Source: Campylobacterales bacterium
GTDB taxonomy: Bacteria; Campylobacterota; Campylobacteria; Campylobacterales; UBA6016
DNA length: 64,000 nt
Assembly: GCA_050252455.1 (NCBI GenBank)
Contig: JBFWKW010000002.1
Coordinates: 43,063-107,062, forward strand
Direction of reading: 5' to 3'
The notes under the pieces were generated by a model. That model had not been told where the DNA came from and made no database searches. It worked only from the letters and a program-made list of their open reading frames with translations. Shown one piece after another: positions 18,051 through 27,731 of the stretch (position 1 is its first letter; every line of letters starts with the position of its first letter). The translations under genes and the position numbers were made by a program.

Positions 18051-19276
18051 ATACCGTAATTTACAAGCTCGCCGTCAAGGGTCTTTAGGAATTCCACAAG
18101 GTCGGCGACCTGTCTTTTGTCAAATGTCACGCCTAGCTGATGAGCGCCCATTAGCTCCACGGCTTCTTCTAGCTTTTTGACCGTGCCGTTGTGAAAATAC
18201 GGAGCTGTTTTGGATATATTGCGTAGTATGGGCGTACGAAAATACCTTCTGTTTTTATCGCCCAAAAACCCGCCCTCATTCACAAACGGAAATACGGAGG
18301 CTTCAAGGTTTTTCTTTTCGCCGTGGCATCCTTTGCATTGAAAGCCTTTGGTTGCATTTGTCTCGACTTTTGCATATTGCTTGAAAAATCCCTCCGATAG
18401 TAGTTTTGTCTTCTCTTCACCCAGCCCCATAAGCACGATGTCATACCTGCTATCCTCGCTACGAAACTGCATTTTGGAGTATTTTTCGTACTCTTTTAGC
18501 ACATTTCTAGCTAGCTTCAGCCCAGCCATCGACCATGCTTTGTGGTATCTAATAGGAAACTTGCGCATCTCCTCGCCGCCCAGCGCTACACCCGTGTGGC
18601 ATAGCCCGCACCCACGGTCGAGGAATATTCTAAATCCCCTTTTTGCCGAGTCCGAAATAGCATTAGAATCGCCCTCCAAAAACCTATCGTACGCACCTCT
18701 GGTGACAAGCGTTCGCTCGTATGAGGCTATCGCCTTTAGCATATTCTCAAAGTTTGGATGGACTCCAAACGCCGCCTTAAACATACGGATATACTCAGCG
18801 TCGCTTGCTATCACCGTCTCGATACGCCTCTTGTCGCTAGCCATCTCAAAGTGGGCAAACAAAGGTCCCGCCGCTTGTTTTTCGAGAGAGTCCACCCTGC
18901 CGTCCCAAAACAGCCGTTTTGAAAAAGCGGTATTGAACACCGTCGGGGTATTGAGGTGTGACGGATTTGCCGCACCCTCGTGTCCTATCGCTGTGGGCTG
19001 CCCGTCATCACCGCCTTTTGATACATCATGACATGATGCGCAGCTGATGGAGCCGCTTTTTGAAAACCTGGTATCAAAAAACAGCTTTTTGCCGAGCCTT
19101 ATCCCGTCGGCATTTAGCGTGATGTTTCGCTCTTTCATGGCGCTTGCCAAAGAGCCAAAATCTTTTGGCGTACTCTTTAGCCCTATTTTTAGCGCCTCGT
19201 CCCTGAGTTTGTCGTCAAAGCTTTTGGCAGACAAAAACGCCGCACAAAGCACAATCGCATAAACAAATTTTTTCAT
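18047..19276 (-). CDS. cytochrome c peroxidase (CCP/MauG family)
   Basis: 409 aa. Signal peptide. Haem c motifs CASCH and CGLCH plus a third CKGCH. F.GRV.SLE.QA block. Confidence 0.85.
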   Translation of the reverse strand: MKKFVYAIVLCAAFLSAKSFDDKLRDEALKIGLKSTPKDFGSLASAMKERNITLNADGIRLGKKLFFDTRFSKSGSISCASCHDVSKGGDDGQPTAIGHEGAANPSHLNTPTVFNTAFSKRLFWDGRVDSLEKQAAGPLFAHFEMASDKRRIETVIASDAEYIRMFKAAFGVHPNFENMLKAIASYERTLVTRGAYDRFLEGDSNAISDSAKRGFRIFLDRGCGLCHTGVALGGEEMRKFPIRYHKAWSMAGLKLARNVLKEYEKYSKMQFRSEDSRYDIVLMGLGEEKTKLLSEGFFKQYAKVETNATKGFQCKGCHGEKKNLEASVFPFVNEGGFLGDKNRRYFRTPILRNISKTAPYFHNGTVKKLEEAVELMGAHQLGVTFDKRQVADLVEFLKTLDGELVNYGI

Positions 19277-19330
19277 CTTGCACCTCCTATTTTTACTGTC
19301 GGCATTAAATCAAAACGCAAAAAATTGTTA

Positions 19331-19346
19331 TGTGACTTTGGTCACA
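19331..19346. promoter_or_regulatory. perfect CRP/FNR-type palindrome TGTGAC-N4-GTCACA
   Basis: TGTGACTTTGGTCACA fits TGTGA-N6-TCACA exactly. Lies between the divergent ccp (start 19276) and the DsrE-like gene (start 19418). A Crp/Fnr regulator gene lies 0.55 kb downstream. Confidence 0.5.
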
Positions 19347-19417
19347 GAAGAGAACTCCTCAAAAGCCTAAAATCCTTCTCAGCGTCAAAAGACGCAAAAA
19401 CAAAACGGAGGTTTCCT

Positions 19418-19855
19418 ATGAATTTCAAAATGTTTTTGGCTTCACTTCTCGGTGCGCTTTGTATCACGACTAGCGCAGTAGCGGCGGACAACGGTGCAGA
19501 TGCGCCCAAAAAAATAGTCATCACGCTTCATAGCCACAACATCTCAAGTGCGGGATTTGGTCTGGCGGTGGCAAACGCCATGCAAGATGCGGGTGTGCAA
19601 AGCACGGTTTTTGTAGCGGCTGACGCAGTGGACTATGCACTGACAAACACCAAACAAGGTAAATTCGGCGCTTCAATGCCAAAAGATATGATAAGCCAGC
19701 TTTTAAAAAAAGGCGGCAAAGTGATGATATGCGAAGGCTTCGTCAAAGCTAGAGGCATCAACAAATCAGAGATGGTAAAAGGCGTAGAAGTAGCGACTCC
19801 GGGCGACCTAGCGGGTGCGCTGTTTGCTCCAAATGCTCAGAGTATGACTTTTTAA
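19418..19855 (+). CDS. periplasmic DsrE-family-like protein (tentative)
   Basis: ORF 19325..19855 trimmed to ATG 19418, preceded by GGAGG. Signal peptide MNFKMFLASLLGALCITTSAVA. Rest resembles the small DsrE/DsrF-like fold (KKIVITLHSH...VFVAADAV). Family assignment is weak. Confidence 0.45.
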   Translation: MNFKMFLASLLGALCITTSAVAADNGADAPKKIVITLHSHNISSAGFGLAVANAMQDAGVQSTVFVAADAVDYALTNTKQGKFGASMPKDMISQLLKKGGKVMICEGFVKARGINKSEMVKGVEVATPGDLAGALFAPNAQSMTF

Positions 19856-19899
19856 TCATAGGCTGTTAAAATCATCAAAAGCTAATACGAGGCAACAAC

Positions 19900-20520
19900 A
19901 TGCAACTCGAAGATTATCTATTTTTTAGCTCCTTAGAACCTGAAAATCTAGCCAAAATCAAAGGGGACGCCAAAGCGGTATCCCTACCGGTGGGCACATT
20001 TCTCTACTACCAAGGGGACGTGAACGAGGGGATACTCTTTTTGTCCAAGGGGTGCGTGAAGGTATTTTTGCACTCGGATGAAGTAGGCAAAGGCGAAATC
20101 ACCCTGTACTACATCACTCCCGGCGAGCAGTGCCTAGTCAATACGCTAAGCACCGTCGCACACACGCCAGCCCCAGCCACTGCAATAGTGGACGAGAGCA
20201 TAGAGGGGTGGCTACTGCCCTACTCGTCTATCAAATGGCTCATGGACAATTCATCCGCATACAGGGAGTTCAAGGTTGATTTTTGCGCCAAAAGACTGAC
20301 ACAGATAATGCACTTAGTCGAAGAGCTAAGATTCAAGCGAATGGACGAGAGGCTCCTCAACTGGCTATTCGTACAAGGACGAGACACCGTCAACGCAACG
20401 CATGAGCAGATAGCGCAGATACTAGGCACATCCAGAGAGGTCATCAGCCGCATACTAAAAAACTTTGAAAAGGAAGGGGTTGTGGCTTTGGGCAGAGGCT
20501 CCATAAAGCTAGTTTCATGA
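19900..20520 (+). CDS. Crp/Fnr-family transcriptional regulator
   Basis: 206 aa. N-terminal cNMP-binding-like barrel (G..LY.QGD......FL..G.VKV). C-terminal HTH THEQIAQILGTSREVISRILKNFEKEG. Confidence 0.8.
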   Translation: MQLEDYLFFSSLEPENLAKIKGDAKAVSLPVGTFLYYQGDVNEGILFLSKGCVKVFLHSDEVGKGEITLYYITPGEQCLVNTLSTVAHTPAPATAIVDESIEGWLLPYSSIKWLMDNSSAYREFKVDFCAKRLTQIMHLVEELRFKRMDERLLNWLFVQGRDTVNATHEQIAQILGTSREVISRILKNFEKEGVVALGRGSIKLVS

Positions 20521-21014
20521 GTTGTTCAATATCTAATTTTACGCCGCAAGATGGCGAAGAGCTGGCAAATCTAGCCGTAGCCGCATTTGAGCAGTACAAA
20601 GGCATATATGACGACTGGGATATATTCATCTCTCGCATAGCCGCCATGCCCTCTCTTGCCGAAAATTCAGAGATTATAATGGCAAAGATTGACGGCGAGC
20701 TAGTCGGTGCAGTCGCTTATGTGCCGCCGCACAAACCGAGAGCGGAATTTTTTGAGCCGGACTGGGCGGTTATCCGTATGCTTGTCGTATCTCCAAAAGC
20801 AAGAGGACAAGGTATCGGGAAAGCGCTGACGCAGGAGTGTATCAAACGGGCAAAAAGAGACGGTGCGAAGACGATTGCTCTGCACACAAGCGAAGTCATG
20901 CAAACCGCTCTTGCCATGTATCTAAAAATGGGATTTGAATACAAAAAGGAAGCGCCAAATATCTTCGGCGTCGAATACGGTATTTACACACTGCAATATA
21001 AGGATGATAAATGA
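20517..21014 (+). CDS. GNAT-family N-acetyltransferase
   Basis: 165 aa. Acetyl-CoA motif VSPKARGQGIGKAL. ATGA-type overlap with the upstream gene. Confidence 0.8.
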   Translation: MSCSISNFTPQDGEELANLAVAAFEQYKGIYDDWDIFISRIAAMPSLAENSEIIMAKIDGELVGAVAYVPPHKPRAEFFEPDWAVIRMLVVSPKARGQGIGKALTQECIKRAKRDGAKTIALHTSEVMQTALAMYLKMGFEYKKEAPNIFGVEYGIYTLQYKDDK

Positions 21015-21607
21015 GACGCTCAGAATTTGAAGTCACGGACGAGGCGGCATTTGAGGCGTTGCTAGCGAAATGTGAATACGGCACTCTAAGCCTCATTGAC
21101 GACGGTGAGCCGTACGGTGTGCCAGTGAATTTCGTATGGCACTGTGGAGCAGTCTGCTTCCACGGCTCTCGTGAAGGACGAAAAGCTGAAATAATAAAGA
21201 AAAATCCAAAAGCCGCCTTTAGCATCGTCAAACCCTACTCTCTCATCCCATCCTACTTTAGCGATACCCGTGCGGCATGTCCGGCAACACAGTTTTTTGC
21301 CTCTGCACACATAGCCGGAAGCGTAGAAATAGTCGAGAACGACACGGAAAAATGCGCAATACTAAACGCCATGATGCAAAAACTCCAACCGGAAGGCAAA
21401 TATGAGACGATAGACGCTGCAAATCCGATATACACGAAGATGGTATCTCAAACGGCGATATGGAAGCTGACACCCTCAAGCAAGTCGATGAAAGTCAAAG
21501 CGGGGCAGAACCTATCTGATGAGCGCAAAAAGAGCATAATAAATCAGCTTTCGCAAAGGGGCGAAGGCCTGGATATGTCAACCGTAGATATAATGCAAAA
21601 AGGTTAA
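21011..21607 (+). CDS. pyridoxamine 5'-phosphate oxidase-like (Nim-like) FMN-binding protein
   Basis: 198 aa. N-terminal split-barrel pattern MRRSEFEV.D......LL......TLSL.DDGEPYGVPVNFV......FHGS.EG.K. Confidence 0.7.
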   Translation: MRRSEFEVTDEAAFEALLAKCEYGTLSLIDDGEPYGVPVNFVWHCGAVCFHGSREGRKAEIIKKNPKAAFSIVKPYSLIPSYFSDTRAACPATQFFASAHIAGSVEIVENDTEKCAILNAMMQKLQPEGKYETIDAANPIYTKMVSQTAIWKLTPSSKSMKVKAGQNLSDERKKSIINQLSQRGEGLDMSTVDIMQKG

Positions 21608-21611
21608 GTTT

Positions 21612-22133
21612 ATGAGAAATACAAAACACGACTTGGACATATTTTTTAAAGACAGGTATTCCCCGAGAGAGTTTGTCAGTGCGGATATATCAGAAAATGA
21701 TTTTGAGGCGATAATCGAGGCGGCAACAACCGCGCCCTCTTGTTTTAACGTGCAGCCATGGCGATTTTATACGGCAGATAAAGAGAAATTTTTGAATGTT
21801 TTGAGTGACGGCAATATATCTTGGTGCGACAAGCTAGAAACGTTTGTTTTGATTGCTTGCAAAAACACATTTGATGCCAGAGGCGACAAGCCGGAAAAGC
21901 TGAACGATTGGGCGAAGTTTGACTGCGGGTGCGCTTGGGGATTTATGCAGATGGAAGCAAACAGAAGGGGAATTTCGCTGCATGCGATGGCCGGCTTTGA
22001 CAAGCAAAAAGCAAAAAATGTTTTTGGGCTCGGAGATTTTGAGCCGATAGCGATCGTAGCGTTTGGAAAAGCCGAAAAAGCAGATGAATTTACCCCTAGA
22101 GAAACTTTGGACGGATTACTTTTTAGACTTTGA
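21612..22133 (+). CDS. nitroreductase family protein
   Basis: 173 aa. R.S.R.F........E....I.EAA..APS..N.QPW.F block. Confidence 0.75.
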   Translation: MRNTKHDLDIFFKDRYSPREFVSADISENDFEAIIEAATTAPSCFNVQPWRFYTADKEKFLNVLSDGNISWCDKLETFVLIACKNTFDARGDKPEKLNDWAKFDCGCAWGFMQMEANRRGISLHAMAGFDKQKAKNVFGLGDFEPIAIVAFGKAEKADEFTPRETLDGLLFRL

Positions 22134-22191
22134 GTTTGTTTGAAGTCAAATGAAGTAGTAGTACAATACAAAAAACCAAAAAGGATGGAAG

Positions 22192-22470
22192 ATGCTGCAA
22201 ACTTTTGAAGTTCTCAACGTAAAATGCGGCGGTTGTGCGAACACGCTGACAAAAAGCCTCACAAAAGATTTCGGAGAGGTGACCGTAGATTTGGAGTCTG
22301 AGCCTAGAAAAATAACGCTTGATATCGACGAAAGCAGACTAGAAGAGCTAAAAATTGCGCTCAGAGGACTCGGGTATCCGCTTGTAACGGATGAGCTAAA
22401 CACAATAGACAGCATAAAAGCGAGCGCAAAAAGCTTTGTATCTTGCGCAATCGGCAAAATGAGCAAATGA
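22192..22470 (+). CDS. heavy-metal-associated (HMA) domain protein
   Basis: 92 aa. FEVLNVKCGGCANTLTKSL carries a CxxC in the usual HMA position. Confidence 0.65.
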   Translation: MLQTFEVLNVKCGGCANTLTKSLTKDFGEVTVDLESEPRKITLDIDESRLEELKIALRGLGYPLVTDELNTIDSIKASAKSFVSCAIGKMSK

Positions 22471-23210
22471 GGGCGGACAATTTCTCGCTCGATAAATATT
22501 TTGAACGGATAGGATTTGCGGATAGCGTAAACGCCGATTTGAATACATTGTCCAGACTGATGAGTGCGCAGCTGCGCTCAGTGCCTTTTGAAAACACTGA
22601 GGTGCAGGCCGGACGGATACCGTCGCTAAAGCCGGAAGACATTGTCCAAAAAATAATACATGACAAACGTGGCGGATACTGTTACGAGCTAAACGGGCTG
22701 TTTGCTATGGCACTGGAAGCAATAGGTTTTGAGTACTACTTTCTCGCCGCAAGACCGATGACATACGCCGAGAGAAGACCGAAGACGCATATGGTCGTGG
22801 TAGTGTGTCTGGGCGGCGAGAAGTATCTATGTGACTGCGGCTTTGGCGGCTATGGACTCAGGGCTCCGATAAAGATTGGCGAAAATACGCAGGATGAGCT
22901 ACTGGGCGAGAGATTTTTTCTACAAATAAAAGACGGTGAATACCTGCTATCCACCCAAATCACAGGAGATAAGGCGGCGCAGTACGCTTTTGCGGACACT
23001 GCACAAGAGTGGATAGAGTTTGGCCTTGCCAATTATTTCAATGCCACCCATCCAAATACGATATTTACGCAAAAAAAGCTTGCCATCATCCAAACGCCAA
23101 ATGGCAGAATAATGCTCGTGGACGATAGATTAAAAGTAGTAGAAAACGGTCTCGCCACCGAAGAGACCGTCGTACATGAAGAGGCTTTTAAAAAATATTT
23201 TATGCGCTGA
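22467..23210 (+). CDS. arylamine N-acetyltransferase (NAT)
   Basis: ORF 22443..23210 trimmed to ATG 22467 (ATGA overlap with the HMA gene stop). YFERIGF, VPFEN, and catalytic Cys context RGGYCYELNGLF. Confidence 0.85.
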   Translation: MRADNFSLDKYFERIGFADSVNADLNTLSRLMSAQLRSVPFENTEVQAGRIPSLKPEDIVQKIIHDKRGGYCYELNGLFAMALEAIGFEYYFLAARPMTYAERRPKTHMVVVVCLGGEKYLCDCGFGGYGLRAPIKIGENTQDELLGERFFLQIKDGEYLLSTQITGDKAAQYAFADTAQEWIEFGLANYFNATHPNTIFTQKKLAIIQTPNGRIMLVDDRLKVVENGLATEETVVHEEAFKKYFMR

Positions 23211-23724
23211 TGTTCAGTCCGCCACCGGCTAACGCACCCTTGTATCTTGTAAGGAAGCTTGCCATGCTTTTCCCCTCCCCGCTTGACATCTCTTTTAATA
23301 CGGAAATGCCCTTGTCTAGCATATCCGGATTGCTTTTGAAATAGCCATTGTCCGTGGAGTTGCCGCTCATGGCAGCTATCAGTCCGCCACCGTTTAACAT
23401 CTGCTGAGCCTGCTCAAAGCTCTTGGCTACCAAATGCAAAGACTGTGCGGCCTGTATCTTCTCATTTGGCGACATTTTAGCCGTAGCCCTTGCAAAAGCG
23501 GCGTACTCCTCGTCGGTCATCTGCTCCAAAGTACTAAGACCGTATGTTTCTCTCGCCGTAGTGGCTGTTTTGTCGGAAGTTGTCTTGTCTTTATTCTCGG
23601 AACTTTCCGTTTTTGTTATTTTGGCGTTTCCGACAAGGGATTCATTGAGTGTTTGCCTATCGTTTGAAAAAAGCGATTCTTTATAATTTTGTGAAGAAGA
23701 GTAGTAGTCTGAAGAAATATTCAC
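23200..23724 (-). CDS. small Ser/Thr/Asn-rich protein of unknown function
   Basis: 174 aa. GTG start preceded by AGGAG. N-terminus MNISSDYYSSS and C-terminus GLNISA resemble the protein at 4785..5219. Confidence 0.5.
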   Translation of the reverse strand: MNISSDYYSSSQNYKESLFSNDRQTLNESLVGNAKITKTESSENKDKTTSDKTATTARETYGLSTLEQMTDEEYAAFARATAKMSPNEKIQAAQSLHLVAKSFEQAQQMLNGGGLIAAMSGNSTDNGYFKSNPDMLDKGISVLKEMSSGEGKSMASFLTRYKGALAGGGLNISA

Positions 23725-23776
23725 TTTAGCTCCTGCCTGTTAAGTAGGAACTAAAAGCAAAACCTAATCCAAAAAT

Positions 23777-25879
23777 CTAAAACTTATAAGAGAGATTCAT
23801 CCAAAACATCTGCCCCATGTACGGAATATCTTGATTATTCGGCTGATTGAGCGGCATATACAGTGTTTTCAAAGTTTTACCGAATACGTTTTGAACACCC
23901 ACGGATAGGTCCAGATTTTTTACCACGCCCTTGAACTGCTGGGTTATATTGAGATAATCCTGCGGTGCGACATCGCCATTGCTTTGCTTCATGAAACCAT
24001 AGTTATTTGCTGTGGCGGTATATTCGCTTTTTCTCTCTTTGCCGCTAATATAGTGATACCAAAAAGTAGTCGGATATTTTGTATTTTGATTGACGGTTAA
24101 AATTATATTTGACATCAAGGTTGGAGCCAAAGGAAATGACCCGGCTTTATATTTAAACCCGTATGAGCTCATACGCTCTTCCATTCTTGTCTTGTATATA
24201 GCACTATTAAAGCCTAGACTAAAACTATCGGCGCTATATTTATACTCTAGCTCAACCCCTTGTATTATCCCGCGTTTTGGAAGATTGAGCGTCTCATATG
24301 AATAATCATCCATGGTAATCATGTCATAAATTCTAGACTCAAACACCGTGGTTTTAAGGACCGTTTTATCTTGCCTATATATATGCGAAGCCTCCACCGT
24401 ATCGACCGTTTCAGATTTGATACCGGGAATTCCGGACGTTTCTGCAAAAGTAGGAGGCCTGAAAGCTCTAGCGTATTGCGTCTTTAGTATATTGCTCTCA
24501 TTTAGTCTATACACAATAGCTAGTCTAGGCGACCATCCCATGCTTTTTACATCCCCGCTAAAGGTATCGTATCTGGCGCCGTAGGTGATTGTGGTTTTAT
24601 CCGTCAAGTCCCAAGAGTCCTGAATATAAAAAGCTTTTTGCCCTCTGTATGTATTTTGTGGGGCAACTACATTACTATATACATTGTCGATTTTCCATAC
24701 ATTAACCATAGGCGGTGGTGACCAAGGGCCGACATAAGAAAAATTTTCATATCTTGAGTCTTTTATATTTTTTGTAGATTGAATAAATAATCCGCCCACA
24801 AAATGATGGTCGTCCGTTTTGTAGTCGGCATCAAGCGCGGCATGCTTTCTTTCTTCTTTATATATGAATCTTCTAATACCGTCTATTCCGGTCGCATTAT
24901 TCATATAATTAGCCGATACTCGTAGATAATCGTCAAGTTTGCTTTCCATGGTATCGATGCCAATTTTTGGCGTTAGATAAAAATCACCGAATTTAAACTC
25001 TTTTTGTGCGCCGACTTGAGTATAAACCTCTTTTCTAACCATTTTATTGTCATCTTTTGGAAGCATATCAGTCGGATACCAATTGCCGAAAGCGCCTTGT
25101 GCCGATTTTGTCTCCAACCGATTTAGCCAAACTTCAAAAGAGTCATATCTAGCGTCAAATAAAAAATTGTAGCCTTTTGAGCCGTTGGGAAGATTGCCGG
25201 GACCATATCCCGGTGCATGGTTACCGGTCGTACTATTGGCAAAATTTCCATTTTCGCCTATGTAAACATTGTAGCCCTCGGTGTCAAAAATCAAAAAAGA
25301 TGAACTTAGCTCTAAGGCGTCTTTTTTATAATTAAAATTGGCGCTCGCGGATGTCGAACTTTTGCCGTCACCCTGATACCCATAATTTGCCGATAGCTCG
25401 TTACTGTCCGCTTTTGTGATTATATTGATAACACCAAATATTGCATTATCCCCATAAACGGCGGAGTCCGGGCCTCTTATTATTTCTATTCTGTCTATTT
25501 GATCTACCGCAACGGGGAAAGATATAATCCCCCTTCCAAAAGTAGAGCCGCTCCATATTTGTGAGCTCAATGCCCTACCGTTCAGTAGCCACTTTATCTT
25601 AACGCCTTGTCCGCCGTATACCGCGCCGCTACCCCTAAGCGCATTGACCGAACTATCCATACCGACTATCATATCAAGCGCATTTGGCTGATTTAGATTC
25701 AAAATTCCGAGCGCTTTGAGCTCTTCGCCTTTGATAATATTCACGGTACCGGGCACATAATCCGCATTTATTCTTGTTTTTGTGGCAACCTCGGTGGTCT
25801 CTTCAAGAAGCTTGGAGAGATCTTCCGTACCGCCAAAAACAGATGCGACCATGATGGATAAAAGTAATGCTTGCTTCAC
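23777..25879 (-). CDS. TonB-dependent outer-membrane receptor
   Basis: 700 aa. Signal peptide. Plug-domain blocks (IEIIRGPDSAVYGDNAIFGVINIITK). Long beta-barrel with terminal aromatic ...NLSYKF. Confidence 0.85.
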   Translation of the reverse strand: MKQALLLSIMVASVFGGTEDLSKLLEETTEVATKTRINADYVPGTVNIIKGEELKALGILNLNQPNALDMIVGMDSSVNALRGSGAVYGGQGVKIKWLLNGRALSSQIWSGSTFGRGIISFPVAVDQIDRIEIIRGPDSAVYGDNAIFGVINIITKADSNELSANYGYQGDGKSSTSASANFNYKKDALELSSSFLIFDTEGYNVYIGENGNFANSTTGNHAPGYGPGNLPNGSKGYNFLFDARYDSFEVWLNRLETKSAQGAFGNWYPTDMLPKDDNKMVRKEVYTQVGAQKEFKFGDFYLTPKIGIDTMESKLDDYLRVSANYMNNATGIDGIRRFIYKEERKHAALDADYKTDDHHFVGGLFIQSTKNIKDSRYENFSYVGPWSPPPMVNVWKIDNVYSNVVAPQNTYRGQKAFYIQDSWDLTDKTTITYGARYDTFSGDVKSMGWSPRLAIVYRLNESNILKTQYARAFRPPTFAETSGIPGIKSETVDTVEASHIYRQDKTVLKTTVFESRIYDMITMDDYSYETLNLPKRGIIQGVELEYKYSADSFSLGFNSAIYKTRMEERMSSYGFKYKAGSFPLAPTLMSNIILTVNQNTKYPTTFWYHYISGKERKSEYTATANNYGFMKQSNGDVAPQDYLNITQQFKGVVKNLDLSVGVQNVFGKTLKTLYMPLNQPNNQDIPYMGQMFWMNLSYKF

Positions 25880-25902
25880 TTTGTTTTTTGGCTCCGATAT
25901 TT

Positions 25903-26003
25903 ATCAATAATTATTTGATTGTACTTCTAAAAAACTGAAAAATCATATAAAAAATGAATATGCCACAATAATGCAACAAAATATAATCAAATATTATTTG
26001 ATT
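25903..26003. promoter_or_regulatory. AT-rich divergent control region with palindromic operator candidates
   Basis: Perfect 9-1-9 palindrome AATCAAATA-T-TATTTGATT at 25985-26003. Related imperfect palindrome ATCAA-TAATTAT-TTGAT at 25903-25919. Both share TTATTTGATTG. Confidence 0.4.
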
Positions 26004-26096
26004 GATTATACTACGTTATTAAAATTAATAATAATTTAACCAAAATGGATATATCATAAACACACAGAAAATATAACAAAAATGTAAGGGGTATAT

Positions 26097-27701
26097 ATGA
26101 CGTTATCGACCATCAAGTCAAAACTAATTTTATTGCTGGCAGTCCTTATTATCGGATTTGCACTACTTGGTTTTTTGACGGTTAAGGGCAACCAAGACTC
26201 CCTAAAAACCGTAGAAAGAATGGTTATGCTCGGCGATATAGAAACTACAGAAGCTAAAATAATGATGGACCTTAGAGGTTATCAGCTCCTTTTTGAAGAT
26301 AGATTCATAGAAGGGTATGAAAAAAACTATGATAAATTCACAAAAACCCTAGAATCACTATCCGCCATCACAAGAAGCGAGGCAAATAAAAAAAGAATAA
26401 AAGAGATTCTAACTCTAGCAAAAGAGTGGAAAGACGGCAACGCCCCAAGGGTGGAAACGCTCAAAAAATACAAAAAAGACAACACAACCGAAACGTTCAT
26501 GGCATCGGAGGACGGCAAAAAACTAGCCGAGCTAACGAAGCTATCTGCCGATAGATACAAGGTAATAGGCGAAAAGCTACATGAGCTAAAAATAGACATG
26601 CAAAAAAGAAATATGGATACCATAGAGAGTAACGCACTATTCGCAGAGCTTACGCTTGGTGCGATATTTGCCGTATTTGTGCTAGTTTTTGGAATTGTTT
26701 TAAAATCAATAGACTCATCAATAAAGGCGGCAAAAGACGGCTGTGACAAAATAATCTCAACAAAAGATTTGACGCAAAACATTAACACCGGAAAAGCGGA
26801 TGAAGTAGCGGAGGCTATGGGTCAAGTAAACAAGCTTTTGGCTGAGATATCCAAAACATTGTCGGATGCCAAACGCTCGGCTGCGGAAAACGCATCGGTA
26901 GCAGAAGAGCTGTCTGCTACAAGCCTACAAATCGGAAATAGAACGGAAGATACGGCAAGGGCGGTTGAGGAGACAAAACAGGTAACGGAGCAGGTCGCAA
27001 CCATACTTGCAAATAGCGCAGAAAGCTCACAGCAAGCCGGTATTCAGATACAAGAGGCCTCAAAAGAGGTATCAAGCGCGGCAAAAGAGGTTCTGTCCGT
27101 ATCCGGCTCACTTCAATCAATAGTCGGAGAGCAGCTGGAGCTATCTGAGAGACTGGAGAGATTATCTAGTGAGGCCGAGCAAGTCAAGACCGTTTTGTCC
27201 GTAATAACCGACATAGCAGACCAGACAAACCTTCTAGCGCTAAACGCTGCCATAGAAGCCGCAAGAGCCGGGGAGCACGGTAGAGGTTTTGCGGTTGTCG
27301 CCGATGAGGTTAGAAAGCTAGCGGAGAGAACGCAAAAAAGCCTATCGGAGTCAAACGCTACCGTATCCGTAATCGTCCAATCCGTTAACGACGCAACAGA
27401 AATGATGAGCAAAAGCGCAAAAGACATAGAAGATCTCGGCGCTAAATCTCAAGATGTAGAACAAACGATGAAAAATACGGTAGAAATCATAACAAATGCA
27501 GCAAGTATAGCCTCAAAAACGGCGAAAGACGCACAAGTGGGGAATGAAAAAACAAAAGAGGTTATAGCCCAGATTGCCACAATCAGCGAACTTGCGACAA
27601 CAAATGCAAGAAGCGTCGAAGAGATAGCCTCCGCAGCAGAGCACCTAGCAAAACTAGCCGATACGCTTTCGGCGTCTTTGGCTCAATTTAAAACAAACTA
27701 A
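26097..27701 (+). CDS. methyl-accepting chemotaxis protein
   Basis: 534 aa. N-terminal TM, periplasmic domain, second TM. Highly conserved signalling hairpin [43 protein letters not shown]. Confidence 0.9.
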   Translation: MTLSTIKSKLILLLAVLIIGFALLGFLTVKGNQDSLKTVERMVMLGDIETTEAKIMMDLRGYQLLFEDRFIEGYEKNYDKFTKTLESLSAITRSEANKKRIKEILTLAKEWKDGNAPRVETLKKYKKDNTTETFMASEDGKKLAELTKLSADRYKVIGEKLHELKIDMQKRNMDTIESNALFAELTLGAIFAVFVLVFGIVLKSIDSSIKAAKDGCDKIISTKDLTQNINTGKADEVAEAMGQVNKLLAEISKTLSDAKRSAAENASVAEELSATSLQIGNRTEDTARAVEETKQVTEQVATILANSAESSQQAGIQIQEASKEVSSAAKEVLSVSGSLQSIVGEQLELSERLERLSSEAEQVKTVLSVITDIADQTNLLALNAAIEAARAGEHGRGFAVVADEVRKLAERTQKSLSESNATVSVIVQSVNDATEMMSKSAKDIEDLGAKSQDVEQTMKNTVEIITNAASIASKTAKDAQVGNEKTKEVIAQIATISELATTNARSVEEIASAAEHLAKLADTLSASLAQFKTN

Positions 27702-27707
27702 TCTTAT

Positions 27708-27731
27708 GCCGCAGGGGTTGAACCTTGCGGC
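27708..27731. terminator. hairpin between convergent MCP and queE genes (possible bidirectional terminator)
   Basis: GCCGCAGG-ggttgaa-CCTTGCGGC (one bulged base). Sits directly after the MCP stop and abuts the queE stop. No strong U-tract. Confidence 0.35.

Noticed and set aside
18348-19031. 227-aa plus-strand ORF antisense to the cytochrome c peroxidase gene
   Set aside because: The minus-strand product has three CxxCH haem motifs and a signal peptide. The plus ORF is low-complexity and Ser/Pro-rich.
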